From Eledone cirrhosa (Eukaryota), in assembly GCA_964016885.1 (NCBI GenBank), contig OZ024740.1:284580001-284644000 (forward strand): DNA of 64,000 nt. Reading direction: 5' to 3'. Every line of letters starts with the position of its first letter. Position 1 is the first letter of the stretch. The notes under the pieces were generated by a model. That model saw only the letters and a list, made by a program, of their open reading frames with translations. It had not been told where the DNA came from and searched no databases. Below, piece after piece: positions 12,425-25,898 of this stretch. Made by a program: the position numbers and the translations under genes.

Positions 12425-12900
12425 TATCATCATCATCATCATCATCATCACCGTTTTATGTCCATTCTTCCATGCTAGCATGGGTTAGACGAGTTGTCTT
12501 GTTATGGGCAATGCTAGGTCAGGTGACCATGCTTTGCATATGTGTAGGGGGGGGGGGTGTATATATATATGTATATATCATTATCATCATCATCATCATC
12601 CTTTAACATCCATTTTTCTACAGCTGGATGCCCTTCATAATGCCAACCACATTTACGGTGTGGACTGGGTGCCTTTTACCATGGTACCAAAATGACTATT
12701 TTAGAGTGTCGATTGGACACTTTTTGTTCTGTCGGCAACATTACAGTGGACTGAGTGCTTTTTACCGTGACACCAAGATGACCATTTTACAGTGTGTACT
12801 GGATGTTTTTTATCATGGCATCAAGACAACCACTTTATAGTGTGGACTAAACACTTTTTGCAGTGGCTCCAAAATGACCACTTTACAGTGTGGACTAGAG
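12425..12900 (-). mobile_element. RTE-derived 3' UTR fragments with an internal tandem repeat of about 40 bp
   Basis: (CAT)n tails, the CTGGATGCCCTT motif, and about 6 degenerate copies of GACCACTTTACAGTGTGGACTG...TTTT, the same sub-repeat seen in other RTE 3' UTRs here. Confidence 0.7.
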
Positions 12901-13895
12901 GCTGAGGTGAGGGAGGTGCATGTATCTAGGGTGGGAATTGGAGAGGTATGTCTAGAATGAGGTACTTAGCTGGTGATGGGTGGAGTGTCAAGGCGTGGGT
13001 GAAGGGTAGAATATCTTATATATAGGAAACACCTTGTATTAAAAATGTGGCTATGTTCCTCTTGACTAAACCAATAAAAACAATTCAGATAGCTTTTAAC
13101 AGGTAATTTTAACAAACCTCTTAATGAGAGATGTCAGTTCAAGTCTCACCTAGTAGCTACATTATTTTCTTTAATTTTACATAATATTTTCCTCTATATA
13201 CACATGATCATCACGATCTGGTTTGACATCTTCTTTACTTGTCACAAGCATTGGAAGTTTTGCTAACCTCTTTTGAAGCATCTCTCCAGAGTGTTCTTTC
13301 TAGAGATAGCTTTTGGTCCAGATTCCTGGCTTTCAGATCACCTCTGATCCCCTCTTCTCAGGTCTTACATGGGTGCCACCTTCCCCATCTACCAGGGGCC
13401 ACAATGTTGTATACAATTGTATACTTTAAACGCTTCTGTATTTCCAGTAAAATGGTTATAGTAGTATGGATGATGTATTTAACTGTGGAGTGTAAAAGTA
13501 ACAAACTGAAATATTCAGTTTTCAGCTTTTATTAGATTGCAGATTTTTAAAATGACATCTGCCTATTAATACATGTGTCTACAAGTAGGATTAACAGAAT
13601 TGATCAGATGATGACATCTAAAAATGCGTTACATCACTATATGTGTGTATGTGTGTATATGTGTGTATGTGTGTGCATGTGTGTATATGTGTGTATGTGT
13701 GTGCATGTGTGTATATGTGTGGATTTCTTTGCTAGCAAGGGTTGGATAGATCTTCACAAACCGAGTCAGTACTAAAGTGATGCTACTCACCTGCCAGACA
13801 GGCCAAGGTTTCATATGCATACATACACACAAACACACACACATGTATACACACATACATACACACATGCACATACGCACACATGCACACATCCA

Positions 13896-13944
<49 letters not shown>

Positions 13945-15204
13945 CAAAGGTACAGCTATATATATATATATATACAATACTCAAAAGAAAGTACAACTCC
14001 TTTGAAACATGTGTAAAGAAATAAATATGTTTTTTAAAGGATTTTTTCCATCATTGGTGGATTGGCAGTATCGGTGGAGGGTCGGACGCCATGCTTTCCA
14101 GCATAGTTACGTCCCTTTACGATCTGAATTCAAATCCAGCCGAGGTTGACTTTGCCTTTCATCCTTACGGGGTCGATAAAATAAAGTACCAGTAATGCAC
14201 TGGGTAATTGCTGGCCTTGTGCCTAAAGTAGAAACAATTATATGTGTGTGTGTGTGTGTGTGTGTATGTGTGTCTGTTTGTGTATGTGTGTGCATGTATA
14301 TACATATATACATACACACAAAGAGAGAAGGATAGAGAAATCAATATACTTGTTTAAATATATATATGTGTGTGTGTGTGTATGTGTGTGTATATATATG
14401 TATATATGCATATGCATATCATCATCATCATCATCATCATCATAATCATCATCATCATCGTTTAACGTCTATCTTCCACGCTAGCATATGTATGTATATG
14501 TATATGTATACATATATACACACACACAAAGAGAGAGGGATAGAGAAGTAGAAAATTTCTGTCTAAAACATTAGCCTTCACTTCTTCCACACAGCATAAA
14601 ATTCAATCCACTGATTGAACACTTTGTCCTATAATAAGATTTTTTTTACTTACTTTTATTAATTTTTATTTTCTTCTTATAATATCATTTTTACTTTACA
14701 AGTAAATATAATCCACACACGCTGCTATTTTTTTTATATAGTTCTCTATAGTTTTTCTCTAATCAACATAATGGTTGTTCAAGCAAAATTCATAAATGAA
14801 TGCTCAATCTACATATATTCATCACTGTTTTCTCAAATGCCTCATTAGCATATTTCTTAGGAAATGTACTGCTTTCGTGTTCCAATTAATTTTGAAAATA
14901 ATCAAGAATTTAGAAAATTTTAGTAAAATAGCTAACTGTTCCACTTATTTGTATATTAATCTAGTATTTCAAAACAATTTAACAAGAGATTCTTACATCA
15001 GATTATGATGGATTATGTACTTGAATATAAGCCGCCCCACACCCTATTTTATGTCTGAGAAATGGACAAAATTCCAAACCCTGTGTATAAGCCAAGACAG
15101 CTAATCAATACACTATGTTTAGATGATGCAGCTTTAAAATGTTCACGACTATTTATGAAGTTTTAATATTTTGATATCAAAAATGTTTTAAGTATCGTTT
15201 AAAA

Positions 15205-15546
15205 CAGCAGTCACCACTCTTTTGGACCTCATGGACCACTAAATTCATAATTTTAAATCCTGCAAACCACTAATATGAATTAATGGTCGAAACAATACTG
15301 AATCTTACATGTGTCATATTGTCGATAGATGATACATATGTGTAAAATGATTTCATTGATGTTAGTTCTTTACTGAGGAGAAAGATTTTTTAGGGGGCTT
15401 ATAAAATATACCTTAACCGAATATTATTTTTGTTTTATTATTAATAAAACATAAAAATTGCAAATAATGTCCACATTTTTCTGCAGACCACCAAAATTTT
15501 CTCTCAGACCACTAGTGATCCGTGGACCACCAATTGGCAACTGCTG
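15205..15546. mobile_element. hAT-type MITE
   Basis: TIRs CAGCAGTCACCA / TGGCAACTGCTG, subterminal GGACCAC motifs, and an 8-bp TSD GTTTAAAA / GTTTAGAA. Confidence 0.8.
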
Positions 15547-16102
15547 GTTTAGAACATAGTTTTTGTTTCAGAACTCCATTATGTAATGATTTTTTTACTA
15601 ATTTCCAACAGTTTTGAGGGTATTCATATAATAATTGTTTCTACTATTGGCACAAGGCCAGCAATTACCGAGTGCATTACTGGTACTTTATTTTATCGAC
15701 CCCGTAAGGATGAAAGGCAAAGTTAACCTCGGCGGGATTTGAACTCAGAATAGCAAGGGCTGTAACTCCATGCATCAAAGTATGGCGGCCAACCCTCTAC
15801 CGATACTGCCAAATAATGAAATTATTGTGTACAGTGCTCAGGTGCACTACAACTCATCAAAGGTGCATGTATAGTACATAGAAAAATGTACAAATGTCAG
15901 AAAAGTGAACAGTGTATGAGTCATGGTATACATGTGTGAGTGTGTATCGAGGGGGGATATCAGGTGTAGTGTTGGCGAATTTCAGGAAGCATGGAGGTTT
16001 CATCCCCATTATCATCATCATCGTCACTTTTACATCCGTTTTTTCCTCACTAGCATAGGTTGCCATATTTATTCAAAACATATCAAAAACAAATTTACAT
16101 GG

Positions 16103-19100
16103 AAAGTGAAACTGGTGTAATATTCACCTCCAAAGTGAAACTAATGTAATATTTACCTCCAAAGTGAAACCAGTGTAATATTTACCTCCAAAGTGAAACC
16201 AGTGTAATATTCACCTCCAAAGTGAAACTGGTGTAATATTCACCTCCAAAGTGAAACTAATGTAATATTCACCTCCAAAGTGAAACTGGTGTAATATTCA
16301 CCTCCAAAGTGAAACTAATGTAATATTCACCTCCAAAGTGAAACCAGTGTAATATTTACCTCCAAAGTGAAACTATTGTAATATTTACCTTCAAAGTGAA
16401 ACCAGTGTAATATTTACCTCCAAAGTGAAACTATTGTAATATTTACCTTCAAAGTGAAACTAATGTAATATTCACCTCCAAAGTGAAACTAATGTAATAT
16501 TCACCTCCAAAGTGAAACTAATTTAATATTCACCTCCAAAGTGAAACTAATGTAATATTTACCTCCAAAGTGAAACTAATGTAACATTCACCTCCAAAGT
16601 GAAACTGGTGTAATATTCACCTCCAAACTGAAACTAATGTAATATTCACCTCCAAAGTGAAACTAATGTAATATTTACCTTCAAAGTGAAACTAATGTAA
16701 TATTCACCTCCAAAGTGAAACTAATGTAATATTCACCTCCAAAGTGAAACTAATGTAATATTCACCTCCAAAGTGAAACTAATGTAATATTCACCTCCAA
16801 AGTGAAACTAATGTAATATTTACCTCCAAAGTGAAACCAGTGTAATATTTACCTCCGAAGTGAAACTAATGTAATATTTACCTCCAAAGTGAAACTAATG
16901 TAATATTCACCTCCAAAGTGAAACCAGTGTAATATTTACCTCCGAAGTGAAACTAATGTAATATTTACCTCCAAAGTGAAACTAATGTAATATTCACCTC
17001 CAAGGTGAAACTAATGTAATATTTACCTCCAAAGTGAAACCAGTGTAATATTTACCTCCAAAGTGAAACTAATGTAATATTCACCTCCAAAGTGAAACCA
17101 GTGTAATATTTACCTCCAAAGTGAAACTAATGTAATATTTACCTCCAAAGTGAAACTAATGTAATATTTACCTCCAAAGTGAAACCAGTGTAATATTTAC
17201 CTCCAAAGTGAAACTAATGTAATATTTACCTCCAAAGTGAAACTAATGTAATATTCACCTCCAAAGTGAAACCAGTGTAATATTTACCTCCAAAGTGAAA
17301 CTAATGTAATATTTACCTCCAAAGTGAAACTAATGTAATATTTACCTCCAAAGTGAAACCAGTGTAATATTTACCTCCAAAGTGAAACTAATGTAATATT
17401 TACCTCCAAAGTGAAACTAATGTAATATTCACCTCCAAAGTGAAACCAGTGTAATATTTACCTCCAAAGTGAAACTAATGTAATATTTACCTCCAAAGTG
17501 AAACTAATGTAATATTTACCTCCAAAGTGAAACCAGTGTAATATTTACCTCCAAAGTGAAACTAATGTAATATTTACCTCCAAAGTGAAACTAATGTAAT
17601 ATTCACCTCCAAAGTGAAACCAGTGTAATATTCACCTCCAAAGTGAAACTAATGTAATATTCACCTCCAAAGTGAAACTAATGTAATATTCACCTTCAAA
17701 GTGAAACTAATGTAATATTCACCTTCAAAGTGAAACTAATGTAATATTTACCTCCAAAGTGAAACCAGTGTAATATTTACCTCCAAAGTGAAACTAATGT
17801 AATATTCACCTTCAAAGTGAAACTAATGTAATATTCACCTCCAAAGTGAAACTAATGTAATATTCACCTCCAAAGTGAAACCAGTGTAATATTCACCTCC
17901 AAAGTGAAACCAGTGTAATATTCACCTCCAAAGTGAAACTAATGTAATATTCACCACCAAAGTGAAACCAGTGTAATATTTACCTCCAAAGTGAAACTAA
18001 TGTAATATTTACCTCCAAAGTGAAACCAGTGTAATATTCACCTCCAAAGTGAAACCAGTGTAATATTTACCTCCAAAGTGAAACTAATGTAATATTCACC
18101 TCCAAAGTGAAACTAATGTAATATTCACCTCCAAAGTGAAACTAATGTAATATTCACCTCCAAAGTGAAACCAGTGTAATATTCACCTCCAAAGTGAAAC
18201 TAAGGTAATATTTACCTCCAAAGTGAAACTAATGTAATATTTACCTCCAAAGTGAAACCAGTGTAATATTCACCTTCAAAGTGAAACTAATGTAATATTC
18301 ACCTCCAAAGTGAAACTAATGTAATATTCACCTCCAAAGTGAAACTAATGTAATATTCACCTCCAAAGTGAAACTAATGTAATATTCACCTCCAAAGTGA
18401 AACTAATGTAATATTTACCTCCAAAGTGAAACTAATGTAATATTCACCTCCAAAGTGAAACCAGTGTAATATTCACCTCCAAAGTGAAACTAATGTAATA
18501 TTCACCTCCAAAGTGAAACCAGTGTAATATTCACCTTCAAAGTGAAACTAATGTAATATTCACCTCCAAAGTGAAACCAGTGTAATATTCACCTCCAAAG
18601 TGAAACTAATGTAATATTTACCTCCAAAGTGAAACTAATGTAATATTCACCTCCAAAGTGAAACCAGTGTAATATTCACCTTCAAAGTGAAACTAATGTA
18701 ATATTCACCTCCAAAGTGAAACTAATGTAATATTCACCTCCAAAATGAAACTAATGTAATATTCACCTCCAAAGTGAAACCAGTGTAATATTCACCTCCA
18801 AAGTGAAACTAATGTAATATTTACCTCCAAAGTGAAACTAATGTAATATTCACCTTCAAAGTGAAACTAATGTAATATTCACCTCCAAAGTGAAACTAAT
18901 GTAATATTTACCTCCAAAGTGAAACCAGTGTAATATTCACCTCCAAAGTGAAACCAGTGTAATATTCACCTTCAAAGTGAAACCAGTGTAATATTCACCT
19001 CCAAAGTGAAACCAGTGTAATATTTACCTTCAAAGTGAAACTGGTGTAATATTCACCTCCAAAGTGAAACTAATGTAATATTCACCTCCAAAGTGAAACT

Positions 19101-21536
19101 AATGTAATATTCACCTCCAAAGTGAAACCAGTGTAATATTCACCTTCAAAGTGAAACTAATGTAATATTCACCTCCAAAGTGAAACCAGTGTAATATTCA
19201 CCTCCAAAGTGAAACTAATGTAATATTTACCTCCAAAGTGAAACTAATGTAATATTCACCTCCAAAGTGAAACTAATGTAATATTCACCTCCAAAGTGAA
19301 ACTAATGTAATATTCACCTCCAAAGTGAAACTAATGTAATATTCACCTCCAAAGTGAAACTAATGTAATATTCACCTCCAAAGTGAAACTAATGTAATAT
19401 TTACCTTCAAAGTGAAACTAATGTAATATTTACCTCCAAAGTGAAACCAGTGTAATATTTACCTCCAAAGTGAAACTAATGTAATATTCACCTCCAAAGT
19501 GAAACTAATGTAATATTCACCTCCAAAGTGAAACTAATGTAATATTCACCTCCAAAGTGAAACTAATGTAATATTCACCTCCAAAGTGAAACTAATGTAA
19601 TATTTACCTTCAAAGTGAAACTAATGTAATATTTACCTCCAAAGTGAAACCAGTGTAATATTTACCTCCAAAGTGAAACTAATGTAATATTCACCTCCAA
19701 AGTGAAACTAATGTAATATTCACCTCCAAAGTGAAACTAATGTAATATTCACCTCCAAAGTGAAACTAATGTAATATTCACCTCCAAAGTGAAACTAATG
19801 TAATATTTACCTTCAAAGTGAAACTAATGTAATATTCACCTCCAAAGTGAAACCAGTGTAATATTCACCTCCAAAGTGAAACTAATGTAATATTTACCTC
19901 CAAAGTGAAACTAATGTAATATTCACCTCCAAAGTGAAACTAATGTAATATTCACCTCCAAAGTGAAACTAATGTAATATTCACCTCCAAAGTGAAACTA
20001 ATGTAATATTCACCTCCAAAGTGAAACTAATGTAATATTTACCTTCAAAGTGAAACTAATGTAATATTTACCTCCAAAGTGAAACCAGTGTAATATTCAC
20101 CTCCAAAGTGAAACTAATGTAATATTCACCTCCAAAGTGAAACCAGTGTAATATTCACCTCCAAAGTGAAACCAGTGTAATATTCACCTCCAAAGTGAAA
20201 CTAATGTAATATTCACCTCCAAAGTGAAACTAATGTAATATTTACCTTCAAAGTGAAACTAATGTAATATTCACCTCCAAAGTGAAACCAGTGTAATATT
20301 TACCTCCAAAGTGAAACTAATGTAATATTCACCTCCAAAGTGAAACCAGTGTAATATTCACCTCCAAAGTGAAACTGGTGTAATATTCACCTCCAAAGTG
20401 AAACTAATGTAATATTCACCTTCAAAGTGAAACTAATGTAATATTTACCTTCAAAGTGAAACTAATGTAATATTTACCTCCAAAGTGAAACCAGTGTAAT
20501 ATTCACCTCCAAAGTGAAACTAATGTAATATTTACCTCCAAAGTGAAACCAGTGTAATATTCACCTCCAAAGTGAAACTAATGTAATATTTACCTCCAAA
20601 GTGAAACCAGTGTAATATTCACCTCCAAAGTGAAACTAATGTAATATTTACCTTCAAAGTGAAACTAATGTAATATTCACCTCCAAAGTGAAACCAGTGT
20701 AATATTCACCTCCAAAGTGAAACTAATGTAATATTCACCTCCAAAGTGAAACTAATGTAATATTCACCTTCAAAGTGAAACTAATGTAATATTCACCTCC
20801 AAAGTGAAACTAATGTAATATTCACCTCCAAAATGAAACCAGTGTAATATTCACCTTCAAAGTGAAACTAATGTAATATTCACCTCCAAAGTGAAACCAG
20901 TGTAATATTCACCTCCAAAGTGAAACTAATGTAATATTCACCTCCAAAGTAAAACTAATGTAATATTCACCTTCAAAGTGAAACTAATGTAATATTCACC
21001 ACCAAAGTGAAACCATTGTAATATTCACCTCCAAAGTGAAACTAATGTAATATTCACCTCCAAAGTGAAACTAATGTAATATTCACCTCCAAAGTGAAAC
21101 CAGTGTAATATTCACCTCCAAAGTGAAACTAATGTAATATTCACCTCCAAAGTGAAACTAATGTAATATTCACCTCCAAAGTGAAACTAATGTAATATTT
21201 ACCTCCAAAGTGAAACTAATGTAATATTCACCTCCAAAGTGAAACTAATGTAATATTCACCACCAAAGTGAAACCATTGTAATATTCACCTCCAAAGTGA
21301 AACTAATGTAATATTCACCTCCAAAGTGAAACTAATGTAATATTCACCTCCAAAGTGAAACCAGTGTAATATTCACCTCCAAAGTGAAACTAATGTAATA
21401 TTCACCTCCAAAGTGAAACTAATGTAATATTCACCTCCAAAGTGAAACTAATGTAATATTCACCTCCAAAGTGAAACTAATGTAATATTCACCTCCAAAG
21501 TGAAACTGGTGTAATATTTACCTCCAAAGCAAAACT
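16103..21536. repeat. 29-bp minisatellite array, about 187 units
   Basis: Consensus AAAGTGAAACTAATGTAATATTCACCTCC, period 29 (starts at 16103 and 16132). Units are contiguous with no spacers. Variant sites are TAA/CAG/TGG, TTCAC/TTTAC and CTCC/CTTC. Confidence 0.98.
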
Positions 21537-23060
21537 ATTTTAGTACTTCAGTTTCGTAGAATTTAGAAAAGAAGGTCACATTTAACCAGACTAGGGTTTC
21601 AAATGTTTCAATACTTGATAAATAGATATTTTATCTCTTAAATGCATGATACTAAAACTATAAATGTTATTTATAAAATATAAAAAATAAATGCTTTCTA
21701 TGTTATTATAAAAATATGAATTTAATACATGAAATTTAGTGTATAATCTAGTAATTTTTTTTTTTTTTCATTTACTAATTCTATCTATTTATTTAGAAAA
21801 CAGTAGTAAATTGATATACATAACAGTAAAAACAATTTAATAGAAAAAGAAAAAAAATTAGATTGTGAAGAAAGAATAGGATATAAAATAAAGTAAATAT
21901 AACAAAACGGAAAAGGAAGAGAAAGGCAAGAGTTCTAGTGTCTCAGAAGAATGAGGAGGGGGAAGGGGGAGGGTGATTGGGCCTAGGGCATGGTGGTAAT
22001 GGGGCTGCTTCCCGCGGACAAGACTGCAAAAGCATTCCCGCAAACTATGGCCAGTGACACAGCTTCTATTTTGGTGTTAAGCAGACATAATATCCACTGT
22101 CTTTCAACTGCAATATATGTACTAAACACAACCATACTAGAGCCATATGCTGTGAGTTCAACTCCAGAAAACATGAAATAAAGTTATCATACAAGTACTA
22201 TAACATCTGTTAATGCTTACTGTCATCCTGGAATGATGAATGTATACATTGGTTTATATTGTTGTGTTTGTTGTTGTTTAGGCCAAGATCAGCTCCGATT
22301 GAGTAGATTTATGATCACAAGCATTCTAGCTGCAATCAATACAACAGGATGTGAAATGAAGGAAATTTGACTGCTATTTTTAGTAGGTCAAGCGACTACA
22401 TAGAGGCTTACTTGTTGGTTGGAGTGTGGGTTCAACTCTAATGATTGAGTTAATCCTTAGAAACATGTTATTTAATATGTGTGTATAAAATAGTAATTGT
22501 TTCTACTTTTGGCACAAGGCCAGCAATTATCCCAGCGTATTACTGGTACTTTATTTTATCGACCACGTAAGTATGAAAGGCAAAGTTAACCTTGGCGGAA
22601 TTTGAACTGAGACCATATGTGTGTATAAAATAGTAATAGTAAATTGTGAGTGTGTGTTGTGTGTGTGTGCACAAATGTATGTATGTATGTGTAATTGTGT
22701 GTATGTGTGTGTATGAACGTGTATGTATGTGTGTGTGTATAAAAATGAACTTAAAATCTGTATATTAGCTTGTTATATATATAATATCCATGCTTCTTTA
22801 CACTCAACTGTTTTTTATTCTCAGAGATTTATAAATGTGTACACATGTGTGTGTGTTCAAGTATATGTCCGTGTGCATGTGTGTGCACAAGTATGTGTAT
22901 GTGTAAGTATATGATTTTATCATAAAAATATTTTTTATATATTGACTCATTATGATGAGGTTTTTTTTATTGAGAATTGATTATATTAATACCTATTAAT
23001 TGCCTTGACAATTTTAGCAACCTACATACAGAAACACATATAAATAAATACATACATACA

Positions 23061-23620
23061 TGATGGCTACCCCCTCGTTATTGAGTATGACCATTGCACG
23101 ATATAACATTATTAATAATTATCAATTCTATCGTGCAATGCCTGTGCATGAAGATTTTTAAAGTGAGGAAAGACTGTGCACTGAGCCAATCCCACTCTCT
23201 GAGCGACAGTAGCTATAACCCGAAAAAAAAGAAAAGATCAACATCATCGGTAACTACTGGGCCGCGGGTTTTATATCAGAGTTATCCCAGTTTCCTGAGT
23301 TGCCTTCTCCTAGAAGAATGCCCAGACAAGGGCTAGGGGTCCTTCACTCCAAGTGGTTTAATCATGTGATCGGGTATCCAGCCCGATTATTTCTATGTCC
23401 CTGTGCATATACATACATATGTATACATGTATATACATATATACATATGTATATACATATTTACACATTTTGGGATGGCCGTTGACTCTTATGAGTTCTT
23501 CCACCCTTTGTCAGGTTTTGGTTTTTGTCCTGCAGGGTGTCCAAAATCACCCTCCTCACCAAGTAAACTTGGTAGGGTTGCCGGTTCAGTCGCCGGCAAC
23601 CCAAATATGAGACAGGTTGT
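23061..23620 (-). mobile_element. Non-autonomous RTE/BovB-like derivative
   Basis: Co-linear homologue of 27958-28540 that ends in GTAGCCATCATGTATG followed by (TATG)n. Confidence 0.7.
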
Positions 23621-23694
23621 AATAATAATAATAATAAATAATAATAATAAATATATATATATACATATACATATATATACACACATATATACAG

Positions 23695-23729
<35 letters not shown>

Positions 23730-23730
23730 T

Positions 23731-23766
<36 letters not shown>

Positions 23767-24513
23767 GTTTAACGTCCATATTCCACGCTTGCATGGGTTT
23801 GGACGGGAGTTTTCCCACTTGAGGCAAGAGTGGTTGTCTTGCTCGCATAGGACTGTCTGGCGGGTTTTCTACAGCTGGATGCCCTTCCTAACACCAACCA
23901 CATTACAGCGTGGACTGTCTGTTTTTTTTGTCGTGACACCTACATGACCTCATTTGTTTCGGCCTGGATGTTGTGGTACCAACATACTTTACATTGAAAG
24001 GTGTGGTGTGGATGGGGTGGGGGTAGTGGGACAGGGTGTATTTTTGTTAGAGGTGCCTACTGACTGTTGTAGGTTTCACTTTGTACTTAGGTAAGGCGGG
24101 TCTTCTGTATTACTGTGTAGCGCCAAAGATCTCAATCCAGTGACATTGTCTTGGAGAAGTGTAAGTGTGTGAGGTCGGAATTTATCAAGTCGTCCCAGGT
24201 TTTTCTGGGTCTGCCTACTCCGTGGCTACCGTCCATTTTTATTGCCCTGCACTTTTTTATACAGCTGTCGTCTTTCATGCGCATCACGTGACCATACCAA
24301 CGTAGTCTTCTCTCGAGTAAACAACATCTGATCCCTCTTATTTCTAATTTTTCCCTTAGTTCGTTTATGCTTTGCCGTTCACGTATATTACTATTACACA
24401 TCCAGCGGAGCATGCAAGCTTCATTCCTCTCCAGTCTGCGTATATCCTCTGCACACAATGCCCAGATCTCACTGCCATGTAACATTGCTGTTCGTATGCA
24501 GGCATCATACAGC
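23731..24513 (-). mobile_element. RTE LINE, 5'-truncated (left arm of an inverted pair)
   Basis: LYDACIRTAMLHGSEIWALCAEDIRRLERNEACMLRWMC...RRLRWYGHVMRM...GRPRKTWDD, followed by a 3' UTR and (GAT)n tail. Confidence 0.92.
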
Positions 24514-25620
24514 ACCGGTCCCATCTGGGAAATGGCCATGCTCAGTGTGTAGGAAAGGAGTAGGCAGAAACTCCATTTTATGTCCCAGATGCAAAGTATG
24601 GGTGCATAAAAGATGTAGTGGGATCACAGGTAAGCTAACTAAGAATATAGATTTTATATGTGGCCGGTGCTCTGGTGCAATAAGTAGTAGCAAGTGCCCA
24701 CAGAATACTAGCTCATTCCATTGCACAGATGGTTCTATAGAAATAGTGGACACCTTCCGTTACCTGGGTGACAAAATCAGCAGTGGTGGAGGGTGCTCTG
24801 AAAGTACAGTAGCTAGAGTCAGAACGGGATGGAAAAAGTTCAGAGAGCTTATACGACTATTGGCCGCTAAAGGGTTCTCTCTAAAAATGAAAAGCAGGCT
24901 GTATGATGCCTGCATATGAACAGCAATGTTACATGGCAGTGAGACTTGGGCATTGTGTGCAGAGAATATACGCAGACTGGAGAGGAACGAAGCTTGCATG
25001 CTCCGCTGGATGTGTAATAGTAATATACGTGAACGGCAAAGCATAAACGAACTAAGGGAGAAATTAGGAATAAGAGGGATCAGATGTTGTTTACTCGAGA
25101 GAAGACTACGTTGGTACGGTCACGTGATGCGCATGAAAGACGACAGCTGTATAAAAAAGTGCAGGGCGATAAAAATAGACGGTAGCCACGGAGTAGGCAG
25201 ACCCAGAAAAACCTGGGACGACTTGATAAATTCCGACCTCACACACTTACACCTCTCCAAAACAATGTCACTGGACCGAGATCTTTGGCGCTACACAGTT
25301 ATACAGAAGACATGCCTTGCCTAAGTACAAAGTGAAACCTACAGTCAGTAGGCACCTCTAACAAAAACACTCCCCCGTCCCACTACCCCCACCCCATCCA
25401 CACCACCCCCTTAAATGTGAAGTTATGTTGGTACCACATAAAAAGCTCCCAGTCCACACTGTAAATGTGGTTGGTGTTAGGAAGGGCATCCAGCCGTAGA
25501 AAACTCGCCAGACAGTCCTATGCGAGCAAGACAACCACTCTTGCCTCAAGTGGGAAAATTCCCGTCCAAACCCATGCAAGCGTGGAAGATAGACGTTAAA
25601 CGATGATGATGATGATGATG
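24514..25620 (+). mobile_element. RTE LINE, 5'-truncated (right arm), including a PHD-like finger
   Basis: KWPCSVCRKGVGRNSILCPRCKVWVHKRCSGI...FICGRC, FRYLGD, ARVRTGWKKFREL, an in-frame stop near 24918, then RRLRWYGHV, a 3' UTR and (GAT)n. Confidence 0.92.
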
Positions 25621-25752
25621 TATATGTGTGTATATGTATATATATATGTGTGTGTGTGTATATATTTATATATGACTGATATAATCACTGATGAGGGACT
25701 CATTTTATTACATGTTATCCATGTGCAACCTGCAGTATTCTTCTCCCCATTT

Positions 25753-25791
<39 letters not shown>

Positions 25792-25898
25792 TATATATAT
25801 ACACACACACACATATATACATATACACACACATATACATGTATACATATATACATATAAGAGGGTGTTAAAGTTTGCTTGAAGCATTGTGAAATGTG

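Noticed and set aside
14568-14630. Minus-strand DKVFNQWIEFYAVWKK* as a terminal exon
   Set aside because: The upstream sequence is A-rich rather than a polypyrimidine tract, and I recognise no homology.
16103-21536. CRISPR array (repeat length 29 bp, GTGAAAC motif, weak dyad symmetry)
   Set aside because: Units are contiguous with no unique spacers, there are no cas genes, and the context is eukaryotic. It is a minisatellite.
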